Positions 7,561 to 15,864 of a DNA stretch of 32,000 nt are shown in pieces. Made by a program: the position numbers and the translations under genes. Source of the stretch: Alkalilimnicola ehrlichii MLHE-1 (GTDB taxonomy: Bacteria > Pseudomonadota > Gammaproteobacteria > Nitrococcales > Halorhodospiraceae); NCBI RefSeq assembly GCF_000014785.1, contig NC_008340.1, positions 3,090,001-3,122,000 of the forward strand, read 5' to 3'. The notes under the pieces are model-generated. The model was not told where the DNA came from, made no database searches, and saw nothing but the letters and a program-made list of their open reading frames with translations. The number at the start of each line of letters is the position of its first letter. The stretch's first letter is position 1.

Positions 7561-9369
7561 ATGACTACCGTAAAGCACAACCTGCGCATAGCGCTGATCC
7601 CGGCCACCGTGGCCGCCGTCGCCCTGGGGGCCGGATGCGCCACCGCGGGCAGCCACGGAAACGGGGACTTCCCCGAAAGTATCACCCAGGCGATGATCGA
7701 CGCCGACTTCCACCACAACGACCGCATCCTGACCTACGGCCAATCCCCCGAAGGACAGCGTTACAGCACCCTGGACAAGATCAACCGGGACAATGTGCAC
7801 GCCCTCACCCCGGCCTGGGCCTACTCCTTCGGCGGTGAACAGCAGCGGGGCCAGGAAAGCCAGACCCTGGTGTATGACGGCGTGATCTACGTGACCGGCT
7901 CTTACTCCCGCATGTGGGCGGTGGATGCCCGCACCGGCGAGCGGCTCTGGCAGTACGCCCACCGCCTGCCCGACGGCATCATGCCCTGCTGTGACGTGGT
8001 CAACCGCGGCATGGCCCTCTACGACGACCTGGTCATCTTCGGCACCCTGGATGCGCAACTGGTGGCCTTGGACCGGCACACCGGCCGGGTCCGTTGGCGC
8101 GACCGCATCGCCGACTACCGGGCTGGCTATTCCTACACCGCCGCACCGATGATCGCCAACGATCTGTTGATCACCGGCAACTCCGGAGGCGAGTTTGGCG
8201 CCGTCGGCGAAGTGCAGGCCCGCGACCCGAAGACCGGCGACATCGTCTGGACCCGCCCGGTGGTGGAAGGTCACATGGGCACGCTGCCGGATGGCAGTGA
8301 GACCATGACCGGCGAGCTGAACGCAACCTGGGAGGGTGAGGCCTGGAAGACCGGCGGTGGCGCCCCCTGGCTGGGCGGCACCTATGACCCGGAGCTCAAC
8401 CTGATCTACATCGGCACCGGCAACCCGGCCCCGTGGAACGCCCACGCCCGCCCCGGTGACAACCTCTACACCTCCGCCACCGTGGCCCTGGATGCCGACA
8501 CCGGGGAGATCGTCTGGTACTACCAGACCACCCCCAATGACCACTGGGATTACGACGGCGTCAATGAGCTGGTGCTGTTCGACTACGAGCACAACGGTGA
8601 GACCGTCAAGGCCGGTGCCAAGGCCGACCGCAACGGCTTCTTCTACGTGATGAACCGGGAGAACGGCGAGCTGCTGCTGGCCGAACCCTTCGTGGAGAAC
8701 ATCACCTGGGCCAGCCATATCGACATGGAGACCGGGCGCCCGGTCGAAATCGAGGGCGGCCGCCCGGGCAACCCGGCCGACATGGAGGGCGACCGGGGCG
8801 AGGCCGTGACCGCCCAGCCGGCCTTCCTTGGCGGCAAGAACTGGAGCCACATGTCCTACAGCCAGCGCACGGGCCTGTTCTATATCCCCTCCAACGAGTG
8901 GGAGATGGAGATCTGGAATGAGCCGGTGGACTACCGTCGCGGTGCCGCTTACCTGGGTGCCGGCTTCACCATCAAGCCCATCTACGACGACAAGGTCGGC
9001 GTACTGCGCGCCCTCGACCCGGCCACTGGCGAGATTGTCTGGGAAGTGCCCAACCGCTCGCCGCTCTGGTCCAGCGTGCTCACCACCGCCGGCGGCCTGG
9101 TCTTCTACGGCACCCCCGAGGGCCACCTGAAGGCCATGTGCGATGAGACCGGGGAGGAGCTCTGGAGCTTCCAGACCGGTTCCGGGATCGTCGGCCAACC
9201 GGCCACCTGGGAGATGGACGGCGAACAGTATATCTCCGTGGTCTCCGGCTGGGGCGGCGCGGTGCCGCTCTGGGGCGGGGAGGTGGCCCCGCTGGTCCGC
9301 CATATTAGCCAGGGCGGCATGCTCTGGACCTTCAAGATCTCCGACCTGGCCGCGGAGGCCGGCCTGTAA
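7561..9369 (+). CDS. Periplasmic PQQ-dependent alcohol (ethanol/methanol-family) dehydrogenase, type I quinoprotein, with the lanthanide-type D-x-D signature
   Basis: The track ORF starts at 7477. I prefer the ATG at 7561 (SD GAGAGGAGAAAGG), which gives [31 protein letters not shown] as signal. The vicinal disulfide motif PCCDVVNRG is at C143-C144 (7987-7992). [13 protein letters not shown] aligns with MxaF TPHDEWDYAGVN. Propeller W-motifs occur throughout. Confidence 0.92.
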   Translation: MTTVKHNLRIALIPATVAAVALGAGCATAGSHGNGDFPESITQAMIDADFHHNDRILTYGQSPEGQRYSTLDKINRDNVHALTPAWAYSFGGEQQRGQESQTLVYDGVIYVTGSYSRMWAVDARTGERLWQYAHRLPDGIMPCCDVVNRGMALYDDLVIFGTLDAQLVALDRHTGRVRWRDRIADYRAGYSYTAAPMIANDLLITGNSGGEFGAVGEVQARDPKTGDIVWTRPVVEGHMGTLPDGSETMTGELNATWEGEAWKTGGGAPWLGGTYDPELNLIYIGTGNPAPWNAHARPGDNLYTSATVALDADTGEIVWYYQTTPNDHWDYDGVNELVLFDYEHNGETVKAGAKADRNGFFYVMNRENGELLLAEPFVENITWASHIDMETGRPVEIEGGRPGNPADMEGDRGEAVTAQPAFLGGKNWSHMSYSQRTGLFYIPSNEWEMEIWNEPVDYRRGAAYLGAGFTIKPIYDDKVGVLRALDPATGEIVWEVPNRSPLWSSVLTTAGGLVFYGTPEGHLKAMCDETGEELWSFQTGSGIVGQPATWEMDGEQYISVVSGWGGAVPLWGGEVAPLVRHISQGGMLWTFKISDLAAEAGL

Positions 9370-9387
9370 GGCCGAGCCCGCACGAAG

Positions 9388-9414
9388 GGCCCGGTGCCGC
9401 CGCAGCACCGGGCC
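9388..9414 (+). other. Perfect 10-bp intercistronic stem-loop between the ADH and cytochrome c genes
   Basis: GGCCCGGTGC-cgccgca-GCACCGGGCC. No clear U-tract follows (gttctgg). Likely a processing/stability element or partial terminator. Confidence 0.5.
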
Positions 9415-9469
9415 GTTCTGGCCCGGCGCCAGCATGCAGTGACCTTCAACGTATTAACGGTGCAACACC

Positions 9470-9916
9470 ATGGCTACTAGAACGACTAAGCGACTTCTGC
9501 AGACCGCCGTGGCCGGCGCGATGCTTGCGACAGGGATGGCCCTCTTCGCCCATGGCGATGTGAACCCGCAACCGGTGGATACCGGCGACCTACCGGAACT
9601 GGACGACTGGAAACTGGAAAACCCCTTTCGCGACGCCGATGAATCTACGCTCAACGAGGCCATACGCATCGGCGAGCGCGGCTACCAGGCCAACTGTGCC
9701 GTCTGCCACGGTCTCGGCGGCGCCTCCGGTGGAATCGCCCCGGACCTGCGCCTGCTGGAACCCGGCTTCGACGACGAATACTACGTTCAGACGGTTCGCA
9801 AGGGTCGCGGCGCCGGCATGCCGTCGTTCGACGGCGTACTGAGCCAGGAGGCCATCTGGGCCATTTACACCTGGCTGAACACCATGCACGAGGAGGCGAT
9901 GGATGAATACTACTGA
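9470..9916 (+). CDS. Cytochrome c550-type electron acceptor for the quinoprotein dehydrogenase (ExaB/PedF-like)
   Basis: 148 aa. Signal peptide ...MALFA/HGD. A single heme motif CAVCHG (9695-9709) and a distal Met in GRGAGMPSF. It sits immediately downstream of the PQQ-ADH. Confidence 0.85.
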   Translation: MATRTTKRLLQTAVAGAMLATGMALFAHGDVNPQPVDTGDLPELDDWKLENPFRDADESTLNEAIRIGERGYQANCAVCHGLGGASGGIAPDLRLLEPGFDDEYYVQTVRKGRGAGMPSFDGVLSQEAIWAIYTWLNTMHEEAMDEYY

Positions 9917-10919
9917 TCTGATCAAGGCCGGCCGCCTGGCCGCCACCGCCGCCCTCTGCGGTGCCACGCTGTTCGCCGGTAGCGCGAACGCCGAGCGGCT
10001 GCACGAGATCCGCGACCGCGGCACACTGACCGTTGCCCTGTACAACGACTTCGGGCCCTACTCCTGCGTCGGCACCGGCGGCGAGCTGATCGGGGTTGAC
10101 GTGGCCCTGGCCCGCGCCCTGGGCGAGAAGCTGGACCTGAAGGTGGAGCTGGCCGGCTTCGGCGCCCAGGACAGCATGGACCAGGACCTGGCCCTGCTGC
10201 AGGACGAACAGGCCGAGGACGAGTGGGACGAGGCCCTGCTCGAGCGCGCCCCCGACCTGATGATGCACGTACCGGTGGACCCCGTCTTCCAGGAGCGCAA
10301 CGCCGATTACGACATCATGGGCGCCTACTTCCACGAGGCCATGGCGGTGCTCTACGACCGCGAGGAAATCGGCGATCTGGGGTACTCGGTGAACACCCCG
10401 GACCCGTTCGATGGCCTGCGCGTGGGTGTGGAGATGTACACCTACTCCTACACCATGCTCACCAACGGCTTTGACGGCCGCCTGCGCTCCGGCGTGGTCA
10501 ACCACAAGAACGTGCCCGAAGCAGTGGAGGCCCTGCTTGCCGGTGAGACCTCCGCGGTTTTCGCACCGCGCGGCGAGCTTCAGAGCGCCCTGGCCGCCTT
10601 CCCCGAACCGCGCACCAGCCTCGCCCTGAGCGAGCTGCGCGACCTGTTCCGCACGGACCGGGTGCGTAGCGACTGGGACGTGGGCATGGCCGTCAAGGCC
10701 GGCAACCCGGAGCTCTCCCGGGCAGTCGAGGAGGCCATGGCACAACTGGTGGCCGACGGGACCGTGGAGCGTATCTTTAACGAATACGGCATCGCCTGGG
10801 TGGGCCCGGGGGAGGAGTACCGCCTAGCCCGCAACGGCAATGGCCCCGCGGGCGTGACCCGCACCGGCCTGGAACGCGCGCAGCTCTGCCGGGCAACAAT
10901 GCCGGCCGGACTGTACTGA
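9903..10919 (+). CDS. Periplasmic family-3 substrate-binding protein, MoxJ/MxaJ-like (quinoprotein-dehydrogenase-associated)
   Basis: 338 aa. It overlaps the cytochrome c stop by 14 nt, which suggests coupling. Signal peptide ...FAGSANA, then RDRGTLTVALYNDFGPYS typical of PBP type-2 domains. An acidic insertion DSMDQDLALLQDEQAEDEWDEALLER is present. No cognate permease or ATPase is adjacent. Confidence 0.7.
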   Translation: MNTTDLIKAGRLAATAALCGATLFAGSANAERLHEIRDRGTLTVALYNDFGPYSCVGTGGELIGVDVALARALGEKLDLKVELAGFGAQDSMDQDLALLQDEQAEDEWDEALLERAPDLMMHVPVDPVFQERNADYDIMGAYFHEAMAVLYDREEIGDLGYSVNTPDPFDGLRVGVEMYTYSYTMLTNGFDGRLRSGVVNHKNVPEAVEALLAGETSAVFAPRGELQSALAAFPEPRTSLALSELRDLFRTDRVRSDWDVGMAVKAGNPELSRAVEEAMAQLVADGTVERIFNEYGIAWVGPGEEYRLARNGNGPAGVTRTGLERAQLCRATMPAGLY

Positions 10920-10951
10920 GCACCCGCGTCGAAACCCTGGGAGGATGCGCC

Positions 10952-11719
10952 ATGAGGGTATCCCCGCACTTGCTACCCCTTTGCTTGCTTCTGGCAGCGG
11001 CGCTGGCGGCTCCGGCCGCCGCTGGCGTCGAGGAGGATCCACTGGGTTCGCCGGGCTGGCACTTGTCCAAGGCCCGCTATTTCCAAGGCGAAACTTATGT
11101 CTTCGCCCACGACAAGGTCCAGGTGATTGCACCGGATAGTGCCGAGGACACCTTCCAGGTCCCCGGTTTCGTCCGCGTCGAGGGGCTGGGCAACGTACGG
11201 CGGCTGATGGTCTTCACCGACCTCAACCCCATCCCGAAGATCCTCGACATGGAGATACCGCGCGGCGCGCCCAATGTGGGCTTCCGGTTCAAAGTCGAGC
11301 AGGCGACGGCCCTGCGGGCCGCGGCACAGACCGAGGACGGCGTCTGGCACCTGGGGGGCACCTGGATCGACGCTGCCGGCGGCGGCTGCAGCGCACCGAG
11401 CATCGCCAGCGCCGATCCAGCCTGGGAGAGCCGGTTGGGCGAAATCCGCGGCCGCACCTGGCAGCGGGAGGGCAGCCAACGGGTGCGCTTCAGCCTCCTG
11501 CACCCCATGGATACCGGGCTTGCCCCTGGAATCCCCGAGTTTTACCTGGAAGAGCTGGAGGTCCGGGACGGCAATGACCAGACGCTGGCCCGCATGGAGA
11601 TCCACGCCTCCATGTCGGAGAACCCCCATCTGACCCTCGACCTGGAGCACCGGGGTACAACACGACTGGTCGGTCGTGATAACAACGGCAACCGCTTCGA
11701 GGGGACCCTGCAGCCATGA
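10952..11719 (+). CDS. Fused SoxY-like/SoxZ-like periplasmic carrier protein with an internal GGGC cysteine motif (quinoprotein-associated)
   Basis: 255 aa with SD GGGAGGA and signal peptide ...AAPAAAG. The N-domain ends in WIDAAGGGCS (Cys146, codon 11387-11389), resembling the SoxY C-terminal GGC carrier motif. The C-domain has SoxZ-like LLHPMDTG and SMSENPHLTL. Cys146 is the only Cys outside the signal peptide. Confidence 0.7.
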   Translation: MRVSPHLLPLCLLLAAALAAPAAAGVEEDPLGSPGWHLSKARYFQGETYVFAHDKVQVIAPDSAEDTFQVPGFVRVEGLGNVRRLMVFTDLNPIPKILDMEIPRGAPNVGFRFKVEQATALRAAAQTEDGVWHLGGTWIDAAGGGCSAPSIASADPAWESRLGEIRGRTWQREGSQRVRFSLLHPMDTGLAPGIPEFYLEELEVRDGNDQTLARMEIHASMSENPHLTLDLEHRGTTRLVGRDNNGNRFEGTLQP

Positions 11720-12693
11720 TGGAATACCCACTGCAAGCGCCTTTCCTTCGGCTGGCGGCGATGGCGCTAGGCCTCCTGACCATTGGAGCTGCCAACGCGG
11801 GGGGAATCTTTTACGGCCTGCAGCCGCAGCAGGTCGCCGATGGGGTGTACATCTTCGAGGGTCGCCAGGAACACTTCACCCGGCGCAATGGCGGCAATAT
11901 CGTCAACACCGGCTTTGTGATCACCAGCGCCGGGGTGGTGGTATTGGACACCGGGCCGTCCCGGGCCTACGGGGAGGAGATGCGCCGCGCGATCGCACAA
12001 GTCACCGATCAACCCATCCACAGTGTCTACCTGACCCACCACCACCCCGATCACTTTCTGGGCAACCAGGCCTTCGAGGATGTCCCCATCTGCGCCCTGC
12101 CCTACACCCGCGAGATGATCGAGCGGGACGGCGAGGCGCTGCTGGACAACATGTATAACCTGCTCAGCGGCTGGATGGGCGGCACCTATGTGGTGGCGCC
12201 GGATTGCACCGCCGAGCCAGGGCCTGTCACCGTAGGCGAACGCACGCTTGAGGTCATCGCCGGCGCCGGGCACAGCGGCCCCGAGGCCTCTGACCTCATG
12301 CTCCACGACCAGCGCAGCGACACCCTGTTCGCCGGCGACCTGGTCTTCTACGACCGGGCGCCCACCACCCCCCATGCGGACCTCTCCCGCTGGGTCGCGC
12401 TGCTCCATGAGTTGGAACGGGAACTGCCCCGAACACTGGTGCCAGGTCACGGCCCCGTCACCCGCGACGTCGAGGCCGTGCTGCAGACCCGTGACTACGT
12501 GGAGTGGCTCGCCTCCGCCCTGCGCGAAGCGGCGGAACAGGGCCTGGACATGGCCGAGGCACTGGAGTTGGAGGTGCCGGAACGCTTCCGCCATCTGGCA
12601 GTGGTGGACGAAGAACTGCGCCGTTCGGTGGCGCACCTGTACCCGGGTTACGAAACCCAAGCATTGAACCAAGTCATTGATGGTCTGCAATAG
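11716..12693 (+). CDS. Periplasmic metallo-beta-lactamase-fold zinc hydrolase (quinoprotein-cluster-associated)
   Basis: 325 aa. ATGA overlap with the upstream stop. Signal-like N-terminus ...LTIGAANAGG. HxHxDH motif THHHPDH (12037-12054). Downstream GAGHSG and LVPGHG are metal-ligand-like His. Confidence 0.8.
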   Translation: MMEYPLQAPFLRLAAMALGLLTIGAANAGGIFYGLQPQQVADGVYIFEGRQEHFTRRNGGNIVNTGFVITSAGVVVLDTGPSRAYGEEMRRAIAQVTDQPIHSVYLTHHHPDHFLGNQAFEDVPICALPYTREMIERDGEALLDNMYNLLSGWMGGTYVVAPDCTAEPGPVTVGERTLEVIAGAGHSGPEASDLMLHDQRSDTLFAGDLVFYDRAPTTPHADLSRWVALLHELERELPRTLVPGHGPVTRDVEAVLQTRDYVEWLASALREAAEQGLDMAEALELEVPERFRHLAVVDEELRRSVAHLYPGYETQALNQVIDGLQ

Positions 12694-13318
12694 CCGCCAC
12701 CATCGCGAGGGCAAGGGGTGGCGCCGCTCAGGCACCGTGCCGGCCCTGGTCGTTTGCGGGCTACTGCTCAGCGGGTTGCTAATCCCGGGTGTGGCCGCGA
12801 CGGTGGACGATGCCGATGACCCCATCTGGCACCACCCGCACATCAACGCCGAGGGTTACCGTTATGCCCGCTACCGCGCCGCGACACCGGACTCTGTGCC
12901 GGAAGGGGAGACGGTGGATACCGGCCGTGCACAAGCCCTCTGGGCCGCCGGGGAGGTCGTGGCCATCGATGTGATGCCGGTCCTCGAACGGAAAGGACCG
13001 GACGGGAAGCCGGAGTGGGTGGTGCTGGAGGAACGCCGGCACATTCCCGGAAGCATCTGGCTACCCAACGTGGGCGCGGGGCGGCTGAGCCCAGAAATGG
13101 AGGCCTGGTTCGCCGATGCCCTGGCGGAGTTGACCGCCGGTGATAGCAACCAGCCGCTCCTCTTCTACTGCATCACGGATTGCTGGATGGCCTGGAACGC
13201 GGTGCGCCGCGCGGCCGCCCTGGGTTACACCTCGCTCTACTGGTACCCGCCGGGGGCGGATGGCTGGCAGCGGGCGGGGCTGCCGACGGAACCTGCCCAA
13301 CCGAAACCACGACACTAA
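12680..13318 (+). CDS. Periplasmic rhodanese-like protein with a C-x3-C-W motif (PQQ-catabolism-associated CXXCW-type family)
   Basis: The track ORF starts with TTG at 12677. The ATG at 12680 overlaps the MBL gene end. Signal peptide ...LLIPGVAATV. Motif LLFYCITDCWMAWNAVRRAA (Cys164/Cys168/Trp169, 13169-13186). The family assignment is from memory of genomic-context families. Confidence 0.6.
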   Translation: MVCNSRHHREGKGWRRSGTVPALVVCGLLLSGLLIPGVAATVDDADDPIWHHPHINAEGYRYARYRAATPDSVPEGETVDTGRAQALWAAGEVVAIDVMPVLERKGPDGKPEWVVLEERRHIPGSIWLPNVGAGRLSPEMEAWFADALAELTAGDSNQPLLFYCITDCWMAWNAVRRAAALGYTSLYWYPPGADGWQRAGLPTEPAQPKPRH

Positions 13319-13327
13319 CAGGTCATT

Positions 13328-13636
13328 ATGCGCACAACCAACCACTTGGCCCTTGCCATGACCCTGCTGCTCGCCGCCGGCCCGGCCCTGGGCGATGACG
13401 GGGCAGACGGTGCGGAGCGCTACCGTGACGGCATGATCGGTCGCATTGAGGCCTATGCGGTCTACAAGATGGGGGATTACGAAGGCGCCTTCCGCCGTTT
13501 CCTCCAGATGGCCCTGGCGGGGGACCCGGCCGCCATGGAACAACTGGCCACCCTCTACGAGCGCGGCCAGGGTATGGCGGCCCCGGATCCAGTGGCGGCA
13601 GAGGCGTGGCGCGGACGGGCCCGGGAGGCCGACTGA
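13328..13636 (+). CDS. Small secreted Sel1/TPR-like repeat protein
   Basis: 102 aa. Signal peptide ...AAGPALG/DD. Sel1-like repeat LAGDPAAMEQLATLYERGQGMAAPDPVAAEAWRGRA. The SD is weak. Confidence 0.55.
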   Translation: MRTTNHLALAMTLLLAAGPALGDDGADGAERYRDGMIGRIEAYAVYKMGDYEGAFRRFLQMALAGDPAAMEQLATLYERGQGMAAPDPVAAEAWRGRAREAD

Positions 13637-13831
13637 TGAACCGAACATGGATATAAAATATATTCTTTTTCCGACCAACTATACAGTCGGCGTAAAAGTC
13701 CGGTTATAGTAACCGAACAGGGATAATAAAAAGGTGCACGAAGCCGACCAAAACGCTTTACAACGCCTTTCGAAGCGGTACCGGTGCCCCACCAGAACAA
13801 CAGTCACAGGGGCGACCGGCAGGAGGAGAGA

Positions 13832-15820
13832 ATGTCATCGATTATCGCCCCGATCTCCTTGGGACGCGCCTCTGAGGGCGGATACCCCAGCCCCCTCCCG
13901 GGCGACAAGGCGCAGCGCCTCATTTCCAAGAGTTGGCAGCGTTGTCAGGCCTACGGCCTCGACCCCCGCAAAAAGCCAAAGGACGCCAACGTGCTGGAAG
14001 GCCCGCAGGTAAAGGAAGAGCGGGAGCGTCACGGCGAGCTGCTGAAAGTGGCCAACGCCGAGATGCACAGCCTTTACCAGCAGGTCTCCGGGTCCGGCTG
14101 GTCCCTGCTGCTCACGGACAACCGCGGCGTGATCCTCGACTACGTGGGAGACCCGAACCTGCGGCGTGAATTCCGTTCGGCGGGCCTGTGGCTGGGTGCC
14201 GACTGGAGTGAACGCCACGAAGGTACCAACGGCATCGGCACCGCCCTCACTGAGAGCCGCCCGGTGGCAGTACTGCGGGACCAGCACTATAAGGCGTGTC
14301 ACCACGCGCTGAGCTGTTGCGGGGCCCCCATTCTGGACGCCAACGGCCAGGTGATGGCCGTCCTGGACGCCTCCACCGTGAACGGCAATCAGACGCCGGA
14401 GACCCAGAGCCACACCCTGGCACTGGTCACCCTGTCCGCCCAGTTCATCTCCAAGTGGCGGTTCCTGGAGGAATTCTCGGATGCCATCATCATCCGCTTC
14501 CACAGCCGCTGCGAATATGTCGGTCTGATCAATGACGGTGTGCTGGCGGTCTCCCGGGACGGCACCATCGTTGGTGCCGACCACAACGCCTGCGTCTTCC
14601 TGGGACTCCCCGACCGGCATCGCCTCATCGGCTGGCCCATTGACCAGGTCTTGGACATCCGTCCGGAGATCCTGGTGGAACGGGCCGAACGCCCGTACCT
14701 CCCCTACTGGGTGCTCACCACGGCCCAGGGCACCCAGTTGCACGCCCGTATCCAGCTGGGGCACACAGCAGCGGGCCGCCGGGCGGCGGAACAGCCCGCC
14801 CGCCCCGTACCGGTCCAAAGCCGCAGTGCCAGTCAACCCCGCGATCACCGCGCCACGCTCTGCACCCTGGAGGCACTCAAGGGCAATGACCCGCGCATGG
14901 CGCGCAACGTTAACCGGGCCTACCGGATCATCGATAAGGACATCCCCATCCTGTTGAACGGCGAGACCGGCACCGGCAAGGAACTGTTCGCCCGCGCCGT
15001 GCATACGGCCAGCAGCCGCAGGGACGGCCCCTTCGTTGCCGTGAACTGCGCCTCGATACCGGAGCCCCTGATCGAGAGCGAGCTGTTCGGCTACAAGGGT
15101 GGCGCCTTTACCGGCGCCGACCGCAACGGGCGCAAGGGCAAAATCCTCCAGGCCCACGGCGGCACGCTGTTCCTGGACGAGATCGGGGATATGCCGCTGG
15201 AACTGCAGGCCCGCCTGCTGCGGGTCCTGGAAGAGCGCGAGATCGTGCCCATCGGCGGTGACAAACCACAGGCGGTGGATGTCTACCTGGTCTCGGCGAC
15301 TCATCACAACCTTCCGGAGCTGGTGGCCGAGGGGCGCTTTCGGGAAGACCTTTACTACCGACTCAACGGCCTCACCCTGACCCTACCCCCGTTGCGCGAC
15401 CGGGCTGACTGCCAGGATGTCATTCGCTGCATCCTGCGACTGGAGAGCGATGGCCGGGTGGATATCGATCAGGCGGCGTTGGCGGTGCTGCGCAACCATC
15501 CCTGGCCCGGCAATATCCGCCAGCTACGCAACGTGCTGCGCACCGCCGTTGCGCTCAGCGATGGCGAGACGCTCACGGTGGAAGACCTGCCCGACGATGT
15601 GCTGGATGCCGCTGAGACAGCCGGCGACGACCAGGTGATAGAGGGCACCTGCACCGGCGGCGGCGACCCGTTGGCCAACGCCGAGCGCCGGGCACTCCAA
15701 GCCGCCCTGGAGCAGCACGGCGGCAACGTCAGCCGCACTGCGGAGAGCCTGGGCGTGAGCCGTAACACCCTCTACCGGAAGATGCGGCGGCACGGTCTCG
15801 GCGGCGCCCGCGGCGGCTGA
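13832..15820 (+). CDS. Sigma-54-dependent transcriptional activator, AcoR-like (N-terminal GAF-type sensor, AAA+ core, Fis-type HTH)
   Basis: Start moved to the ATG at 13832 (SD AGGAGGAGAG). Walker A GETGTGKE, sigma-54 contact loop GAFTGA (15101-15118), ESELFGY and Walker [10 protein letters not shown]-terminal [25 protein letters not shown]. Confidence 0.9.
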   Translation: MSSIIAPISLGRASEGGYPSPLPGDKAQRLISKSWQRCQAYGLDPRKKPKDANVLEGPQVKEERERHGELLKVANAEMHSLYQQVSGSGWSLLLTDNRGVILDYVGDPNLRREFRSAGLWLGADWSERHEGTNGIGTALTESRPVAVLRDQHYKACHHALSCCGAPILDANGQVMAVLDASTVNGNQTPETQSHTLALVTLSAQFISKWRFLEEFSDAIIIRFHSRCEYVGLINDGVLAVSRDGTIVGADHNACVFLGLPDRHRLIGWPIDQVLDIRPEILVERAERPYLPYWVLTTAQGTQLHARIQLGHTAAGRRAAEQPARPVPVQSRSASQPRDHRATLCTLEALKGNDPRMARNVNRAYRIIDKDIPILLNGETGTGKELFARAVHTASSRRDGPFVAVNCASIPEPLIESELFGYKGGAFTGADRNGRKGKILQAHGGTLFLDEIGDMPLELQARLLRVLEEREIVPIGGDKPQAVDVYLVSATHHNLPELVAEGRFREDLYYRLNGLTLTLPPLRDRADCQDVIRCILRLESDGRVDIDQAALAVLRNHPWPGNIRQLRNVLRTAVALSDGETLTVEDLPDDVLDAAETAGDDQVIEGTCTGGGDPLANAERRALQAALEQHGGNVSRTAESLGVSRNTLYRKMRRHGLGGARGG

Positions 15821-15864
15821 GGGCTGAACGCGCCCGCGCGCCGCCGGGACCGGTAACAACGCCA

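Noticed and set aside
7561-7650. A possible lipoprotein signal (ALGAGC) at the N-terminus of the PQQ-ADH.
   Set aside because: The -3 position is Gly rather than Leu/Val/Ile, so the lipobox is poor. A type-I signal cleaved near ATA/GS is equally plausible. Left undecided.
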